A stretch of DNA of 64,000 nt from Pseudomonadota bacterium (GTDB lineage Bacteria > Myxococcota_A > UBA796 > UBA9615): assembly GCA_024229515.1 (NCBI GenBank), contig JAAESI010000010.1, positions 1 to 64,000 of the forward strand, in the 5' to 3' direction. Shown one piece after another: positions 1 to 10,394 of this stretch. Every line of letters begins with the position of its first letter. The first letter of the stretch is position 1. Made by a program: the position numbers and the translations under genes. A model generated the notes under the pieces. It was not told the origin of the DNA. It did no database searches and worked only from the letters and a program-made list of their open reading frames with translations.

Positions 1-16
1 CGGCGCCCGCTTGCGA

Positions 17-1012
17 TCACGGTCTCCGGAGGCTCAGAGAAGGGAAGCGATGATCGGTGTGAACATCCTCAATCGCATGACCGAGCTCGGGATGCCGGAA
101 TCGCGGGCTGTCCGAAGCTGAAACTCCGAGAGAGCCGCTCAATGGCCCGATCCGGCCTCGCTCGGAGCCGTGCAACAACGCCACGTTGTAGCCGTCGACC
201 GCGTCGAGGAAGTCCTCCTTCTGGTCGTCGGTCCACCACCGCGGCTCCTGGCTGAATGCGTCGAACCCGTAGTGCGACATCAGCACGATGGGCCGCCCCG
301 AATCGCCCACCGACTCGGCCAGATCCTCCTCCAGGAAGGCCAACGCATCCCGCGGATCACGCACCCGTGAGGTGGCGTCCTCGTCGCTGGGCTCGTCCGC
401 CGGGCAGAGGTTCAACTGCACCAGGTGGAGCCAATCCCAGTCCCAGCTGTAGTGGCCGTCGTCCCCGGGCGCGACCGTGCGCAGGCCCAGCCGGTCGGGG
501 CTGCGCTCCGACACCCGATCCGCCGACGGGGTCGGGTCCTTGTCGTAGTAGGAGCGCCAGTCGAACGCTTCCCAATCCCCCGGCTCGTCGGGGTCGAAGT
601 CGTGGTTGCCGTAGCCCTCGTAGACGGGCAGTTCGAGCCGCGACTCGACCCCCGTGAGCCCGTAGTCCGCCTCGAAACGGCCCAGCTCATCGCTGTCCAA
701 CGGCTCGATGCGGCCGTCCTGGCCGTTCTGGGTCAGATCGCCGGCGATGATCACGCCCCGCACGTCCTCGACCGCATCCCCCTCAAACGGCGTTCCGTCG
801 GGCCACGCCGCCCCTGCGAAGGCGTTCAGCGCGGTCACCTGGAAGTCGTTCTTGTCGTCCGCGCCACCGCCGTACTGGGGGTCGCCGAAGGCATAGAAGG
901 TGACGTCCGTGGGCACGTACTCGGGGATCCCGGGCCCCTCGGGCACCAGCGGCTTGTCGGGAGCGACGCACCCCAGCAGGCACGCCAGCGCGATCGGGCC
1001 CAGGACGCGCAT
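17..1012 (-). CDS. Calcineurin-like metallophosphoesterase, lipoprotein
   Basis: Signal peptide with LLGC lipobox; GNHD phosphoesterase motif (EGYGNHDFD); Asp/His-rich metal-ligand pattern. Confidence 0.7.
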   Translation of the reverse strand: MRVLGPIALACLLGCVAPDKPLVPEGPGIPEYVPTDVTFYAFGDPQYGGGADDKNDFQVTALNAFAGAAWPDGTPFEGDAVEDVRGVIIAGDLTQNGQDGRIEPLDSDELGRFEADYGLTGVESRLELPVYEGYGNHDFDPDEPGDWEAFDWRSYYDKDPTPSADRVSERSPDRLGLRTVAPGDDGHYSWDWDWLHLVQLNLCPADEPSDEDATSRVRDPRDALAFLEEDLAESVGDSGRPIVLMSHYGFDAFSQEPRWWTDDQKEDFLDAVDGYNVALLHGSERGRIGPLSGSLGVSASDSPRFRHPELGHAIEDVHTDHRFPSLSLRRP

Positions 1013-1019
1013 CGCCGCC

Positions 1020-1805
1020 TCAGATGCTCCGCAGCCGCCCGCCGTCCACCGCGATCGACTGACCGCGCACGTACGCGGCCGCCGGGCTGGCGAGGAAGGC
1101 GACCATCGCCGCCACCTCTTCGGGCTGGGCGAGCCGCCCCTCGGGGACCATCTCGCGCCACAACTCGAACACCTTGTCGGCGCTGGTGCCGAGGCGCTCC
1201 GAGCGGGCTGAAGCCAGAGCCGACAGCCGCTCGGTGTCGGTGAAGCCGGGGAGCACGTTGTTGATCGTGACGCCGGGGGGGAGCTCGTCGGACAGCGTCT
1301 TGGCCCAGGAAGCGACCGCCCCGCGGGTGATGTTGCTGACTCCGAGGCCCCGGATCGGCTCCCGCACCGACGTGCTCGTGATGTTGATGATCCGGCCGTA
1401 CCCGGCCGCCTGCATGTCCGGGAGCGTCTGCTGCACGAGCACGTGGCTGGCGAACAGGTGCCGCCCCAACGCTCGCTCGAAGTCCGCCGACGTCGCCTGC
1501 AGCAGGGGGCCCGACGGCGGACCGCCGGTGTTGTTGACGAGGATGTGCACTGGCCCGCGGCGCAGGATCAGGCCCTGGATCCCGTCCGCGAGGTCGGCGC
1601 GGTCGTCCAGATCGGCCGAGATCGCCCCCGCGTCGCCGCCGAGTTCATCGACCAGGGCCGCCAGCTTGTAGGCCGAGCGGGCCAGCCCCGTCACCTTGGC
1701 GCCCGCGGCCGCCAGCGCGTGGGCCGTGGCGCGGCCGATACCGGCGCTCGCGCCGCAGACCAGGGCGTGCCGCCCATGCAGAGACATCGTAGGTCCGTCG
1801 CTCAT
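1020..1805 (-). CDS. SDR family NAD(P)-dependent oxidoreductase
   Basis: N-terminal GxxxGxG Rossmann motif (CGASAGIGRATA), NNTG motif, YxxxK-type catalytic region, C-terminal IxVDGG tail. Confidence 0.85.
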   Translation of the reverse strand: MSDGPTMSLHGRHALVCGASAGIGRATAHALAAAGAKVTGLARSAYKLAALVDELGGDAGAISADLDDRADLADGIQGLILRRGPVHILVNNTGGPPSGPLLQATSADFERALGRHLFASHVLVQQTLPDMQAAGYGRIINITSTSVREPIRGLGVSNITRGAVASWAKTLSDELPPGVTINNVLPGFTDTERLSALASARSERLGTSADKVFELWREMVPEGRLAQPEEVAAMVAFLASPAAAYVRGQSIAVDGGRLRSI

Positions 1806-2932
1806 GTCGTCGCCTCGATCCTGACGCTGCTGATCCCGGCCTCGTCGACGAAGCCGTACGCATCAGCCTGCTGCAGGGTCGGGACCGCGTCCCGAGGCAG
1901 CAGGATCGTGCGCACCGCCCACAGCTCCTTGAACACCCGGTACTTCGTCGTGTTGTCGAGGTAGTCGACGCCCGCCGACCCGCCGGTGCCGACCCGCCGG
2001 CCGATGATCCGCTCGACCATGCGCGCGTGGCGCGACCGGAACAGCACGAGCCGCGACTCCATCTCCACCACCGTCTCCAGCAGCAGCCGGGGCCACGCCA
2101 ACAGCGGCAGCTCGCGGTAGCTCTCAATGAACACGATCGCGGCCCGGATGCGGCGCAACCGCACCGGATCCTCGGCCCCCTCAGCGCGCAGGAACTCGCC
2201 CGCCAGCGCAAGCATGCCGTTGAACTTGGTCTCCGCCGCCGCGCGCTCCATCACGCCGGCCCCGACCAGACGCTCGATCTGGGCCGCGTATCGCTGCCCC
2301 ATCGACTCCAGGTACCGGTCCACGAAGGCCGTGATCGCGGCCTCGTCACCCGGGTCGCCCGGAGCGGAGCCCTGGATGGGGGTGCGCCAGAGCCAGGCGT
2401 GCAGCGCATCGCGCAGGCTCTGCTCCTCCATCGCCGCCTCCAGCCGGGCGATGGCGTACTCGCCCGCCTCGCTCCCCTTCCCCATGCGCCGGATCGCGGC
2501 GAGCGGATCGCCGAACCCGGAGTCCACCCGCTCCCCGTCCGCGAGTCCGCAGAGCAGCTCGACCTCCCGCATCTGGAAGGACTGGAAGCCGGAGCTGGGG
2601 ATGAGCTTGTCCCGGAACGCCAGGAAGTCCTGCGGCGTCAGCGTCTCCATTACGCCGAACTGATCCGCGCACAGCTGCAGGATCGTGTTGGCCCGACGCA
2701 GGTGGTGCACCACGTGAGGGATGTGCTGCTCGGGGACGTGGGGCGCGGCGAGGTGGTCGCGGGCGAGCCGCAGCTCGTTCAGCGTCAGCTTGAACCAGAG
2801 CTCGAACGCCTGGTGCACGACGATGAAGTGCAGCTCATCGGGCCCCAACTGCGATTCGTCGTCCTCCAGGCCTCCCTGAAGGTTCAGGAGGTCTTGGAGT
2901 TTGAGGTAGTCCCAGTAGCTCGGCGTGGCCAT
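1802..2932 (-). CDS. kynA: Tryptophan 2,3-dioxygenase
   Basis: N-terminus SYWDYLKLQDLL...Q and conserved helical core typical of bacterial TDO; 376 aa; ATGA overlap with downstream SDR. Confidence 0.75.
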   Translation of the reverse strand: MATPSYWDYLKLQDLLNLQGGLEDDESQLGPDELHFIVVHQAFELWFKLTLNELRLARDHLAAPHVPEQHIPHVVHHLRRANTILQLCADQFGVMETLTPQDFLAFRDKLIPSSGFQSFQMREVELLCGLADGERVDSGFGDPLAAIRRMGKGSEAGEYAIARLEAAMEEQSLRDALHAWLWRTPIQGSAPGDPGDEAAITAFVDRYLESMGQRYAAQIERLVGAGVMERAAAETKFNGMLALAGEFLRAEGAEDPVRLRRIRAAIVFIESYRELPLLAWPRLLLETVVEMESRLVLFRSRHARMVERIIGRRVGTGGSAGVDYLDNTTKYRVFKELWAVRTILLPRDAVPTLQQADAYGFVDEAGISSVRIEATT

Positions 2933-4281
2933 GCAGGGCGTCTACCATGCGCGCGTGCGCCAGGTCCCCCCGTTCCTCGTCTTCGCTGCGCTCCTGGGCT
3001 GCGGTCCCACCGAGACCGGCGAGGTGCACCTGATCCCGCAACCCGTGTCCGTCGCCATCGACCCCGGCTTCACCAAGCCGGGGGAGCCCACCCTGGTCCT
3101 GGACCCTGCGCTCCCCCTGCCGGACGAGGGCTACTCGCTCGTCGTGGACCGGCGGGGCGCCACGATCGAAGCGACCACCGAAGCCGGGCTCTTCTACGGA
3201 CAGCAGACCCTCGCGCAACTGCCCGACCCGTGGCCGCGGGTGCGCATCGAGGACGCCCCCCGATACGCCTGGCGCGGCACCATGCTCGACGTCGCGCGGC
3301 ACTTCTTCGGACCCGACGAGATCAAGCGCTCCATCGACCTCGCCGCGGCCCACAAGCTCAACCGGTTCCACCTCCACCTCACCGACGACCAGGGGTGGCG
3401 CATCGAGATCGAGTCCTGGCCCGATCTCGCCCTCATCGGCGGCGCGACGGAGGTCGGCGGCGGCGAAGGCGGGTACCTGTCCCAGGCCGAGTACCTCGAT
3501 CTGCTCGCGTACGCCGCCGAACGGCACGTCGTCCTGGTCCCCGAGATCGACATGCCGGGGCACATCAACGCCGCGCTGGGGGCCTACCCCGAGCTCAACC
3601 CCGACGGCGTGGCGGCGGACCCGTACACGGGCACCAACGTCGGCTTCAGCTCGCTCTGGCTGGACGGCCCCTCCACCTTCGGCTTCGTCACGGACGTGCT
3701 GACCGAGGTCGCGGCCATGACCGACGGCCCCTACCTGCACATCGGCGGCGACGAAGCGGCGGCGACGACCGAGGAGGACTACGCCGCGTTCCTGGTCGAC
3801 CTGCACGGCCTCGTCGACGGCCTCGGCAAGACCCTGGTGGGCTGGGAGGAAGTCGGCACCGTCGACCTCGGCGGCGACTTCATCGCCCAGACCTGGATCG
3901 ACGAAGAGGGCGCCGAGGGGGCCTGGGCCCAGGGGGCGGAGACCATCGCTTCGCCGGCGGACCGGGCCTACCTGGACATGATGTACGACCTGGAGACGCC
4001 CATCGGCACGTTCTGGGCGGGCCTCGTCGACACCCGGACCGCCTACGAGTGGGACCCCGGGGAGGGCGCGCTGGGGCTGGAGGCGCCGCTGTGGACCGAG
4101 TCGGTGCAGACGCGGGCCGACATCGACCTCCTGACGTGGCCGCGACTGGCCGGCCACGCCGAGATCGCGTGGTCGCCGGCGGGGCGCCACTGGGACGAGT
4201 ACCGGCAGCGGCTCGCTGTATGGGCGCCGCCTGGAGGCCGACGGCGTCGCGCTGTACCGCTCCCCGCTGATCGACTGGTAG
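2925..4281 (+). CDS. GH20 beta-N-acetylhexosaminidase lipoprotein; last ~22 codons read in +1 frame
   Basis: LLGCG lipobox. GH20 catalytic motifs (HLHLTDDQGWRIE, EIDMPGH, HIGGDE). The in-frame ORF runs to 4520 and fuses to an SDR remnant. The canonical GH20 C-terminus (...LYGRRLEADGVALYRSPLIDW*) sits in the +1 frame and ends at TAG 4279-4281. This implies a 1-nt indel near 4210-4216. Confidence 0.7.
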
Positions 4282-4293
4282 CCTCCGCCGCCA

Positions 4294-4520
4294 TGGCCAA
4301 CCAGAACGGACAACACTTCGTCGTAACCGGCGCCGGCACCGGCATCGGACGGGCGATCGCGCTGCGCCTCGCCGAGGACGGCGCCGCCCTCACCCTGGTG
4401 GGCCGACGCTTCGAGCGCCCCGAGGACGTCGCCGGGGTCGTCGCCTGGCTCGTGTCGTCCGACTCCCGCGGGGTCACCGGCCAGGGCATCGACGTCAATG
4501 GGGGCGCATGGATGTCCTGA
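4294..4520 (+). pseudogene. SDR-family remnant (N-terminal Rossmann plus C-terminal tail only, ~75 aa)
   Basis: MANQNGQHFVVTGAGTGIGRAIALRLAEDGA... joined directly to ...PEDVAGVVAWLVSSDSRGVTGQGIDVNGG. The catalytic middle (~170 aa) is missing. Overlaps the start of the next gene. Confidence 0.4.
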
Positions 4521-6202
4521 GCCCCGAAGAGCGCGCCATCGCAGCCGACCGTCGCGCCGCCGAGAAGGCCCACCTCCCGACCGCCCACACCGGCCGTCGG
4601 AGCACCGGCCCGATCCCCGAGGAGGTCGACGTCGCCATCGTCGGAGCCGGCACCGGCGGGCTCTGCGCGGGTGCGTACCTGGCGAAGGCCGGGCTCAAGG
4701 TCGCGGTGTTCGACCGCCACTACGTCGCCGGTGGCTGCGCCACCCGATTCGCCCGCGGCTCCGCCGGGGAGCGGTACATGTTCGACGTCGGCCTGCACTA
4801 CCTGGGCGAGTGTGAGCCCGGCGGGGTGTTCGACAAGGTGCTCAGCCCGATCGGCGTGGGCGTGGACTGGGCCGAGCTGCCCCGGGACTGCATCGAGACC
4901 CTGGTGTTCCCCGACTTCACCTTCCGCATCCCCGCCGAGATGTCCGTCTACCGGGAGCGGCTGCTGGAGCTGTTCCCCTCGGAGCGGCGGGGCATCGACA
5001 AGTACCTCCGCATGGTGCGCGAGGTGGGCGCCATCCAGCCCAAGCTCTTCCGCACGGGGGCCAAGGTCACCGCCCCCATCCTGTGGCACGTGGTCATGCG
5101 CGGCCGGATGCTCATGATCCACGAGCGGGCCACGGCGAAGCGCTTCCTCGACAGCTGCACCAAGGACCCGAAGCTGCAGTCGGTCCTCATGGGCCAGCAC
5201 GGCGCCTACGGCGTGCCCCCCAGCGAGGTCAGCGTGCTGCTCCACGCGGGGCTCGCGAACCACTACTTCGGGGGCGCCTGGTACCCGCGCGGCGGCGGTC
5301 AGGTCATCTCCGACGGCCTCGCGGACGTGATCGAGGGGGCGGGCGGCTCGATCCACCTGCGGCGGGGGATCGAGCGGATCCTGATGGAAGGCGGCAAGGC
5401 CGTCGGTGTGCGGACCGAGTCCCGGGGCGGGGAGCAGCACGAGGTGCGGGCCAATTCCGTGGTCTCCAACGCCGACATCAAGCGCACGCTGCTGGATCTC
5501 GTCGGCCCCGAGCACCTCCCGAAGAAGTGGCTCCGCAAGACGGATCGCTGGACGATGCCGGCGGCGATGGTGGCGACCTTCCTGGGGGTCAAGGGCGACC
5601 TGTCCGAGCTCGGCATGACCGGGGCGAACACGCTGATGTACGACGACTACGACACCGACGCCTACTACATCAGCAACCGCGACAACCCCCGCCCCATGCC
5701 GCGCGGCTGCTACATCACCAACGCAAACCTGAAGGACCCCGGCACGAAGTGGCACGCGCCGCCGGGGCATCAGAGCGTGACGATCATGGCGATGCTGTCC
5801 GCGGATCCGCGCGGTTGGGGCGTCACCCAGGAGCAGATCGCCGACGGCAGCTACCGCAAGGCGCCGACGTACCAGGCGCGCAAGCAGGAGATCGAGGACG
5901 ACCTCATCGGCCGCTTCGACCACCTCTACCCGGGCGCCGCGGCGGCCATCACGTACCGTGAGTCGGCGACCCCCGCATCCCACGAGCGGTTCACGGGCGC
6001 CAGCGGAGGGACCGGCTACGGCCTCGCCGGCATCCCCAAGCAGTTCCAGGCCGCGCGACCGGACGTGACCTCGCCGATCCCGAACCTGTGGTGGTGCGGG
6101 GCGTCCACGCGCAGCGGGCACGGGATCATGGGGGCGCTGCTGTCGGGCCGGATCGTGGGACGGCGGCTCGCCGAGAAGCTCGGGGCGACGCCGGTCGACT
6201 GA
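4508..6202 (+). CDS. FAD/NAD(P)-dependent oxidoreductase, phytoene desaturase (CrtI)-like family
   Basis: N-terminal dinucleotide-binding motif VAIVGAGTGGLCAGAYLAKAGLKVAVFDRHYVAGGC; 564 aa amine-oxidase/CrtI-like architecture. Confidence 0.8.
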   Translation: MDVLSPEERAIAADRRAAEKAHLPTAHTGRRSTGPIPEEVDVAIVGAGTGGLCAGAYLAKAGLKVAVFDRHYVAGGCATRFARGSAGERYMFDVGLHYLGECEPGGVFDKVLSPIGVGVDWAELPRDCIETLVFPDFTFRIPAEMSVYRERLLELFPSERRGIDKYLRMVREVGAIQPKLFRTGAKVTAPILWHVVMRGRMLMIHERATAKRFLDSCTKDPKLQSVLMGQHGAYGVPPSEVSVLLHAGLANHYFGGAWYPRGGGQVISDGLADVIEGAGGSIHLRRGIERILMEGGKAVGVRTESRGGEQHEVRANSVVSNADIKRTLLDLVGPEHLPKKWLRKTDRWTMPAAMVATFLGVKGDLSELGMTGANTLMYDDYDTDAYYISNRDNPRPMPRGCYITNANLKDPGTKWHAPPGHQSVTIMAMLSADPRGWGVTQEQIADGSYRKAPTYQARKQEIEDDLIGRFDHLYPGAAAAITYRESATPASHERFTGASGGTGYGLAGIPKQFQAARPDVTSPIPNLWWCGASTRSGHGIMGALLSGRIVGRRLAEKLGATPVD

Positions 6203-6216
6203 GCTACGCTCGGGGC

Positions 6217-7140
6217 ATGCACCGCCGGTTGCTCTTGCTGTTCCTCCTGCTCGCAGCGTGCGCCGACCCATCGGAACCGCCGGGTTTCAGCGAGGGCGAT
6301 GACGACGACACCGTCGCAGGTGACGACGATGACAGCACGCCTCCGGCCGACGACGACGACCTCGCCGACGCGCTGGAGATCGCCGGCAGCCTCGGCCTGT
6401 GGTGCTGGGCCTACCCGGACGATGACTGGGTCGCGGTCACCCGCTGCCGGTTCGACGCGAGCTTCCGCGCGCTCCTGGAGGAGGGGACCCCCGGCGCCGG
6501 CGGCGGCGGCGTGTCGATGAACACCCCCGACGGGGTGGACGACTGCGCCATCACCGTCTGGGATGCGGCCGATCTCGAGGGTGGAGGCGGCGGCACGCCG
6601 GCCCACTACGACGATCTGTCCGCCGGGAGCCTGACCCTCGCGGCGTCCGACTGGTCCGTCGATCTGGAGCCGGAGGACGACGGCGCCGGCTCGGTGACCT
6701 ACTCCCTGGAGCTGGGGGGTGGCTCCCCTCCCCGGTTCGACGCCGCCTACAGCCTCGCCGCCGCGGGGGAGCAGTTCCCCGCCTTCACGGCTGCCGACGC
6801 CATCTGGGTGCCTCAGGCGCTGCTGCTGCAGGAGCCCGCCCCCACCGCCGCGTTCGCCATCGACGGATCCCTGGAGATCGCCTGGACCGGGGGCAGCGAA
6901 GAGACGCTCTGGTTGGAGCTCCACAACGAGACGACGCTGACCACCGGGAACGCGCAGATCACCTGCAGCGTCGCCAACGACGGCGCCTTCGAGATCCCCG
7001 CCGAGCTGACCGCCCAGCTCCCCCCCGACGCGCTGCGCCTCGTGCTCGGTCAGCCGGTGAGCGGCTGGTTCGAAGCGGGTGGGTACCGGGTGGACGTCGG
7101 CTCCACCGCGACGGTGGAGACGCGCGGCCACGGCGGCTGA
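6217..7140 (+). CDS. Hypothetical lipoprotein with Asp-rich N-terminal region
   Basis: MHRRLLLLFLLLAAC lipobox signal; acidic DDDD tracts; no recognizable domain. Confidence 0.5.
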   Translation: MHRRLLLLFLLLAACADPSEPPGFSEGDDDDTVAGDDDDSTPPADDDDLADALEIAGSLGLWCWAYPDDDWVAVTRCRFDASFRALLEEGTPGAGGGGVSMNTPDGVDDCAITVWDAADLEGGGGGTPAHYDDLSAGSLTLAASDWSVDLEPEDDGAGSVTYSLELGGGSPPRFDAAYSLAAAGEQFPAFTAADAIWVPQALLLQEPAPTAAFAIDGSLEIAWTGGSEETLWLELHNETTLTTGNAQITCSVANDGAFEIPAELTAQLPPDALRLVLGQPVSGWFEAGGYRVDVGSTATVETRGHGG

Positions 7141-7156
7141 TCGATATCCTCCTGCG

Positions 7157-7732
7157 ATGGGCCGCAAGCGACCGCCGAAGGATGTCGAGCCGTACACCGC
7201 CGATGAGTGGAGCGACGAGCCGCCTCCGCCCGATCCGGGGCGAGGACGGACCGCCCGCAAGCGGGAGGTGAACGCGCTGCACGACGTGGCGGTGGAGCTG
7301 GCCGGGCTGAGCGCCGAGAACCTCGCCATGGTCCCGATGTCGGACGAGGTCGCCGCCGCGGTGGTGGAGGCCCGCAGGCTGGGGGGCAAGAAGAGCCACC
7401 GGGTGGGGAAGAAGCGGCAGCTGCTCTACCTCGCCGGCGTGCTCCGGCGGGAGGAAGACGAGGACCTGGCCGCGCTCCGAGATGCCCTGGGATCGTCCCC
7501 CAAGAACTCCCCCCGCGAGCTCGCGCTGCAGTCAGCGGAGCGGTGGCGCACCCGGATCCTCAAGGACGACGGGTTCTCCGAGATCGAGAAGCTGCTGGAG
7601 GAGTACCCTCGAGGGGACCGTCAGCGGCTCCGGGCCCTCGCTCGATCCGCGCGCAAGGGTGATCGCGAGGACAAGGTGAAGCGGGCGCGGAAGGAGTTGT
7701 TCAAGGCGATCCGGGAGGCGATCGGGGTTTGA
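7157..7732 (+). CDS. yjgA: Ribosome-associated protein YjgA (DUF615)
   Basis: ~190 aa basic protein; KREVNALHDVAVELAGLS...EARRLGGKKSHRVGKKRQLLYLAGVLR pattern matches DUF615/YjgA. Confidence 0.65.
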   Translation: MGRKRPPKDVEPYTADEWSDEPPPPDPGRGRTARKREVNALHDVAVELAGLSAENLAMVPMSDEVAAAVVEARRLGGKKSHRVGKKRQLLYLAGVLRREEDEDLAALRDALGSSPKNSPRELALQSAERWRTRILKDDGFSEIEKLLEEYPRGDRQRLRALARSARKGDREDKVKRARKELFKAIREAIGV

Positions 7733-7757
7733 GCATTCCGTAGCTTTGCTCTGTTCA

Positions 7758-7860
7758 TTCTTCACCACGGAGGACACGGAGGGGGGCACGGAGGGGGGGG
7801 GCTGGGCCGCTCCTCCGTGCCCCTCCGTGAATTCCCCCGTGTCCTCCGTGGTGAGAAGAA
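7758..7860. terminator. GC-rich nested inverted repeat (long hairpin) between convergent genes
   Basis: caccacggaggacacgg (7763-7779) pairs with ccgtgtcctccgtggtg (7838-7854). Inner cacggagg / cctccgtg copies. Sits between the yjgA stop and the stop of the convergent 7882-8367 gene. Confidence 0.5.
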
Positions 7861-7881
7861 CGAAGACCTGCTCGCGCAGCG

Positions 7882-8367
7882 CTAAAGACCCCGGAAGGTC
7901 TCCAACCGATGGAAGTCCGGTTCCCCCTCCCCGGGCGCCCACGCCAGGAACCGCCTCGGCTCCCCGTGAATCGCGTACGCGTTGATGGTCCAAGGCTCCG
8001 CCGGCAGGTGCCGCAACTTCACCTCCGCCACTCCCCTCCAACGGGCCCCATCAACCTTCGAGGAGAACTCGATGGGTAGCCTCGCTTCCGTCCTGTTCCT
8101 ATACCCTTGGAACCGCAGAACGAGGTGCTCCCCGAGGGGGCTCAGCTCGATCTCGGTGTAGGCCTCGCCGTGCGCCACGAACAGCTCCACGACCTCGTGC
8201 TCCCACAGCCGCCAAGAGCTCGGCGGGGGGTCATCGTGGAAGGGAGCGTCGACCTCGATGGTGAGGGTGCGCTCGTCCCAGTTCAGCCGCAGGTGAACCT
8301 GCTCGTCGGGCCCGATTGCGGTCCCGTCCCAGGTCGAAGCGACGCTGAGTTCAGCGAACCCGGGCAA
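7882..8367 (-). CDS. Hypothetical protein
   Basis: 161-aa ORF with coding-like composition, convergent with yjgA; no recognizable motif. Confidence 0.45.
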   Translation of the reverse strand: MPGFAELSVASTWDGTAIGPDEQVHLRLNWDERTLTIEVDAPFHDDPPPSSWRLWEHEVVELFVAHGEAYTEIELSPLGEHLVLRFQGYRNRTEARLPIEFSSKVDGARWRGVAEVKLRHLPAEPWTINAYAIHGEPRRFLAWAPGEGEPDFHRLETFRGL

Positions 8368-8986
8368 CCGTGATGCCGTCGCGAACCGTCAGGAGCACCT
8401 GCTCGACCCGGTCATCCGCCGCCGCGTGGGCGTTGAACGCCACGATCGCCTTCGCCGACTCGGTCTCCGGGGCCAGCACGGAGCCGCTCCACAGCACGTT
8501 GTCGATGACCAGCAGGCCTCCGGGCGCCATCTTCGGGAGCAACGCCTCCCAGTAGCCGATGTAGCCCTCTTTGTCGGCGTCGATGAAGACGAAGTCGATC
8601 GGCCCGTCGATGGCCTCCAGCGACTCGATCGCGGGCCCCAGCCGGAGCTCGATCTTGTCCCCCCAGGGAGCCTCCGCCCAGTAGCGTCGCGCGATCGCCG
8701 TCCACTCCTCGCTGACATCCAGGCAGATGAGCGTGCCGTCGTCCGGCAGCCCCTCCGCGATCGACAGAGACGAATAGCCCGTGAACGTTCCGATCTCCAC
8801 CGCACGCCGGGCGCCGCTGAGCTGCACCAGCAGCTTCAGGAGGCGACCCTCGATGCGCCCGACCTGCATCTGCGGCAGCGTCGTGGCGGCGTAGGTCTCT
8901 TCTCGGAGGCGTTCGTAGAGGTCGCTGACCTCGCTGCAGTGCTCCGCCGCGTAGGCCTCGACGTCCTCGTCAACGATCGGGATCAC
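8351..8986 (-). CDS. Class I SAM-dependent O-methyltransferase (caffeoyl-CoA OMT-like)
   Basis: VEIGTFTGYSSL SAM-binding motif I, DVSEE, FIDADK motifs typical of the COMT/YrrM family. Confidence 0.85.
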   Translation of the reverse strand: MIPIVDEDVEAYAAEHCSEVSDLYERLREETYAATTLPQMQVGRIEGRLLKLLVQLSGARRAVEIGTFTGYSSLSIAEGLPDDGTLICLDVSEEWTAIARRYWAEAPWGDKIELRLGPAIESLEAIDGPIDFVFIDADKEGYIGYWEALLPKMAPGGLLVIDNVLWSGSVLAPETESAKAIVAFNAHAAADDRVEQVLLTVRDGITVARVR

Positions 8987-8987
8987 G

Positions 8988-10382
8988 TCAGCTCCGCAGG
9001 GCCGTCAGCAGCGCCTGCATCGTCACCTTGGCGTCCCCGAACAGCATCCGCGTGTTGTCCCGGATGAACAGCGGGTTGCCGACGCCGGCGTAGCCCGAGG
9101 CCAGCGAGCGCTTGCACACCACGACGGTCCCGGACCCCCACACGTGCAGCACCGGCATGCCCCAGATCGGGCTGGACTCGTCGTCCAGCGCGCCCGGGTT
9201 GACGATGTCGTTGGCGCCGATGACCAGCACCACGTCGGTGTCGGACAGGTCATCGTTGATCTCGTCCATCTCCAGCACGATGTCGTACGACACGCCGGCC
9301 TCCGCCAGCAGCACGTTCATGTGCCCGGGGAGCCGCCCCGCGACGGGGTGGATGGCGAACCGGAACTCCTTGCCGGCGTCGCGGCAGAACTCGCTCAGTT
9401 CGTTGACCGTGTGCTGCGCCTGGGCGACCGCCATGCCGTAGCCGGGCACGACCACGATGGACTTCGCGTCCCGGACCAGGTCGGCGACGCCGTCGGCCTC
9501 GATCGCGGTGACCTCACCGACGTACTCCTTGGCCGGCCCCCCGGACTTGCCGGAGTCGGTGCCGAAGCCGCCGAAGGCGACGTTCCAGATCGACCGGTTC
9601 ATCGCCTTGCACATGATGTAGCTCAGGATCGCGCCCGAGCTCCCCACCAGCGCACCCGTGACGATGAGCAGGTCGTTGCTGAGCATGAAGCCGGCCGCCG
9701 CGGCCGTCCAACCGGAGTAGCTGTTCAGCAGCGAGACGACCACGGGCATGTCCGCACCGCCGATCGCCATCACCAGGTGGACCCCCAGCAGGCCCGCCAG
9801 GACCGCCATGACCAGCAGCCAGATCACCCCGCCGCCGTTCGCTTCGAGCATCGGCTTGGCGAACATCACGATGGAGAAGACCAGCCCCAGGTTCACGAAG
9901 TGGCGCGCCGGGAGGAGCAGCGGCGTGCCGCTCATCCTCCCCTTGAGCTTTGCCCACGCAATTACTGAACCCGTAAAGGTAATCGACCCAAGGGCGACAT
10001 CGACGTAGATCTCGATCTGGTGGACGGTGCTGGAGTGGTCCGCGTCCATGCCGAGGTAGAACGACACGCCCACGAGCACGGCCGCGAGGCCCACAAAACT
10101 GTGCAGCGCCGCGACCAGCTCGGGCATCTGCGTCATCTCGACCACCATCGCCCACCGGGCGCCGATGAAGCCGCCGATGGCGACGCAGGCGATGACGAGG
10201 ATGTAGCCCATGGGGGCTCCATCCAGGAGCAGCACGGTCGCGACGATCGCGACCGCCATGCCGATCATCCCGTACAGGTTGCCGCGGCGGGCCGTCTCCT
10301 GGTGGCTCAGACCGCCCAGGCTGAGGATGAAGAGCACAGCGGCGCCGATGTAGGCGGCCATGGGGAGGTTTGCGAAGTCCAT
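8988..10382 (-). CDS. pntB: NAD(P) transhydrogenase subunit beta
   Basis: Polytopic N-terminal domain plus C-terminal NADP(H)-binding domain ([14 protein letters not shown]...GANDIVNP); 464 aa. Confidence 0.9.
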   Translation of the reverse strand: MDFANLPMAAYIGAAVLFILSLGGLSHQETARRGNLYGMIGMAVAIVATVLLLDGAPMGYILVIACVAIGGFIGARWAMVVEMTQMPELVAALHSFVGLAAVLVGVSFYLGMDADHSSTVHQIEIYVDVALGSITFTGSVIAWAKLKGRMSGTPLLLPARHFVNLGLVFSIVMFAKPMLEANGGGVIWLLVMAVLAGLLGVHLVMAIGGADMPVVVSLLNSYSGWTAAAAGFMLSNDLLIVTGALVGSSGAILSYIMCKAMNRSIWNVAFGGFGTDSGKSGGPAKEYVGEVTAIEADGVADLVRDAKSIVVVPGYGMAVAQAQHTVNELSEFCRDAGKEFRFAIHPVAGRLPGHMNVLLAEAGVSYDIVLEMDEINDDLSDTDVVLVIGANDIVNPGALDDESSPIWGMPVLHVWGSGTVVVCKRSLASGYAGVGNPLFIRDNTRMLFGDAKVTMQALLTALRS

Positions 10383-10394
10383 GCTGCCTCCCCT

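Noticed and set aside
2027-6271. Very long alternative-frame ORFs (for example 2027-4270 +747 aa, 4043-6271 -742 aa, 2835-4316 -493 aa)
   Set aside because: Arg/Pro/Gly-rich low-complexity translations antisense to or overlapping well-supported genes (kynA, GH20, CrtI-like); typical high-GC frame artefacts.
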